Positions 63,290 through 64,000 of a DNA stretch of 64,000 nucleotides are shown here, piece by piece (positions within the stretch are counted from its first letter, which is position 1; each line of letters opens with the position of its first letter). Location of the stretch: positions 55,676,001-55,740,000 of the forward strand of contig OX597815.1 in the NCBI GenBank assembly GCA_951406725.2, written 5' to 3'. This DNA comes from Octopus vulgaris. Its lineage: Eukaryota. Under the pieces are notes generated by a model. That model saw only the letters and a list, made by a program, of their open reading frames with translations. It ran no database searches and was not told the origin of the DNA. The position numbers and the translations under genes were made by a program.

Positions 63290-64000
63290 AGTCCAGAAAA
63301 TTTGTTTGAATTTATTCCCTCTCCTCAAAATTGTTAGTTACCAATGTGCCTTCTTTGCCATCAAACATTGACCAACGAAGTAATGAAACCTTCATGCTTG
63401 AAGTATCACTTTGATGCAAAACATTCTGACAAGAAAGACAAGCCGTTATCATACTTTTTGCAACTGAGCTCCTCTTTCAAAAAGCAAATACAAACATTCA
63501 ACACGCTACTCTAGGAAACTAGTAAACAGGAGAATGACGGGTTGATTGCATCGTACAACATTGCTTGCTTGTTGCTAAGTGTGGGAAGTCTCCCACAATT
63601 GGAGAAACATCATTTTGCCCAGTTATCGAAGAGGTTTTATCATCCGTTATGCACGAAAAACTCGATAACATTATGAAGAAGATCCCACTTAGTAATAACG
63701 CAATTTCTCGACGCATCGATGAAATGGCCAATGATGTCAAACATCAGCTCATTAATATTCTCCAGCGTTCTGAATTTTCTATACAAATGGATGAGTCAAC
63801 TGTTGTAGACAACCAATGTTTGATGATGGTATATGTTCGGTATTTCAGCGAAGACCTTCAACCTTGAAAGGAAATGCTGTTCACTGAGAAATTTCCGCTT
63901 GATTCAAAAGGTGCAACTATTCACATTCTCAAGTCTTTCCCTTTTGAACGTAATACCCCACTCAGTAATATTCTTGCCTGTGTGTCTAATGGAGCCCCTT
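63290..64000 (+). mobile_element. hAT (Charlie/Buster, SCAND3/ZBED5-like) transposase pseudogene fragment
   Basis: BED finger PMCLLC..MKPS..H...H; K..TIGE; PLSNNAISRRIDEMA; FSIQMDEST..MVYVRY; possible left end near 62455. Confidence 0.85.

Overview
AT-rich, microsatellite-dense eukaryotic DNA. The SINE families look like those of octopus/cephalopods (recalled, not database-checked). No intact host gene can be supported. The window is mostly decayed mobile elements: tRNA-derived SINEs of at least four types, CR1-like, Jockey/I-like and R4/Dong-like LINE fragments, Tx1/L1-clade elements, Penelope fragments, Gypsy fragments, three Tc1/mariner elements with both TIRs, non-autonomous Helitrons and a hAT (Charlie/Buster) fragment. 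Two things stand out. (1) About ten type I hammerhead ribozyme motifs with short palindromic helix III. The best are two copies in a ~358-bp tandem repeat (9395-10137) that share a U3:A8 core variant and show compensatory stem changes, i.e. a retrozyme-like element. Several others sit between long inverted arms, and Penelope fragments (the likely mobilisers) lie in the same window. (2) A head-to-tail array of diverged ORF1-only Tx1-like elements (24.7-30.8 kb) whose 3' tail resembles that of a SINE in the window. All calls are by eye; ribozyme activity and family assignments need testing.
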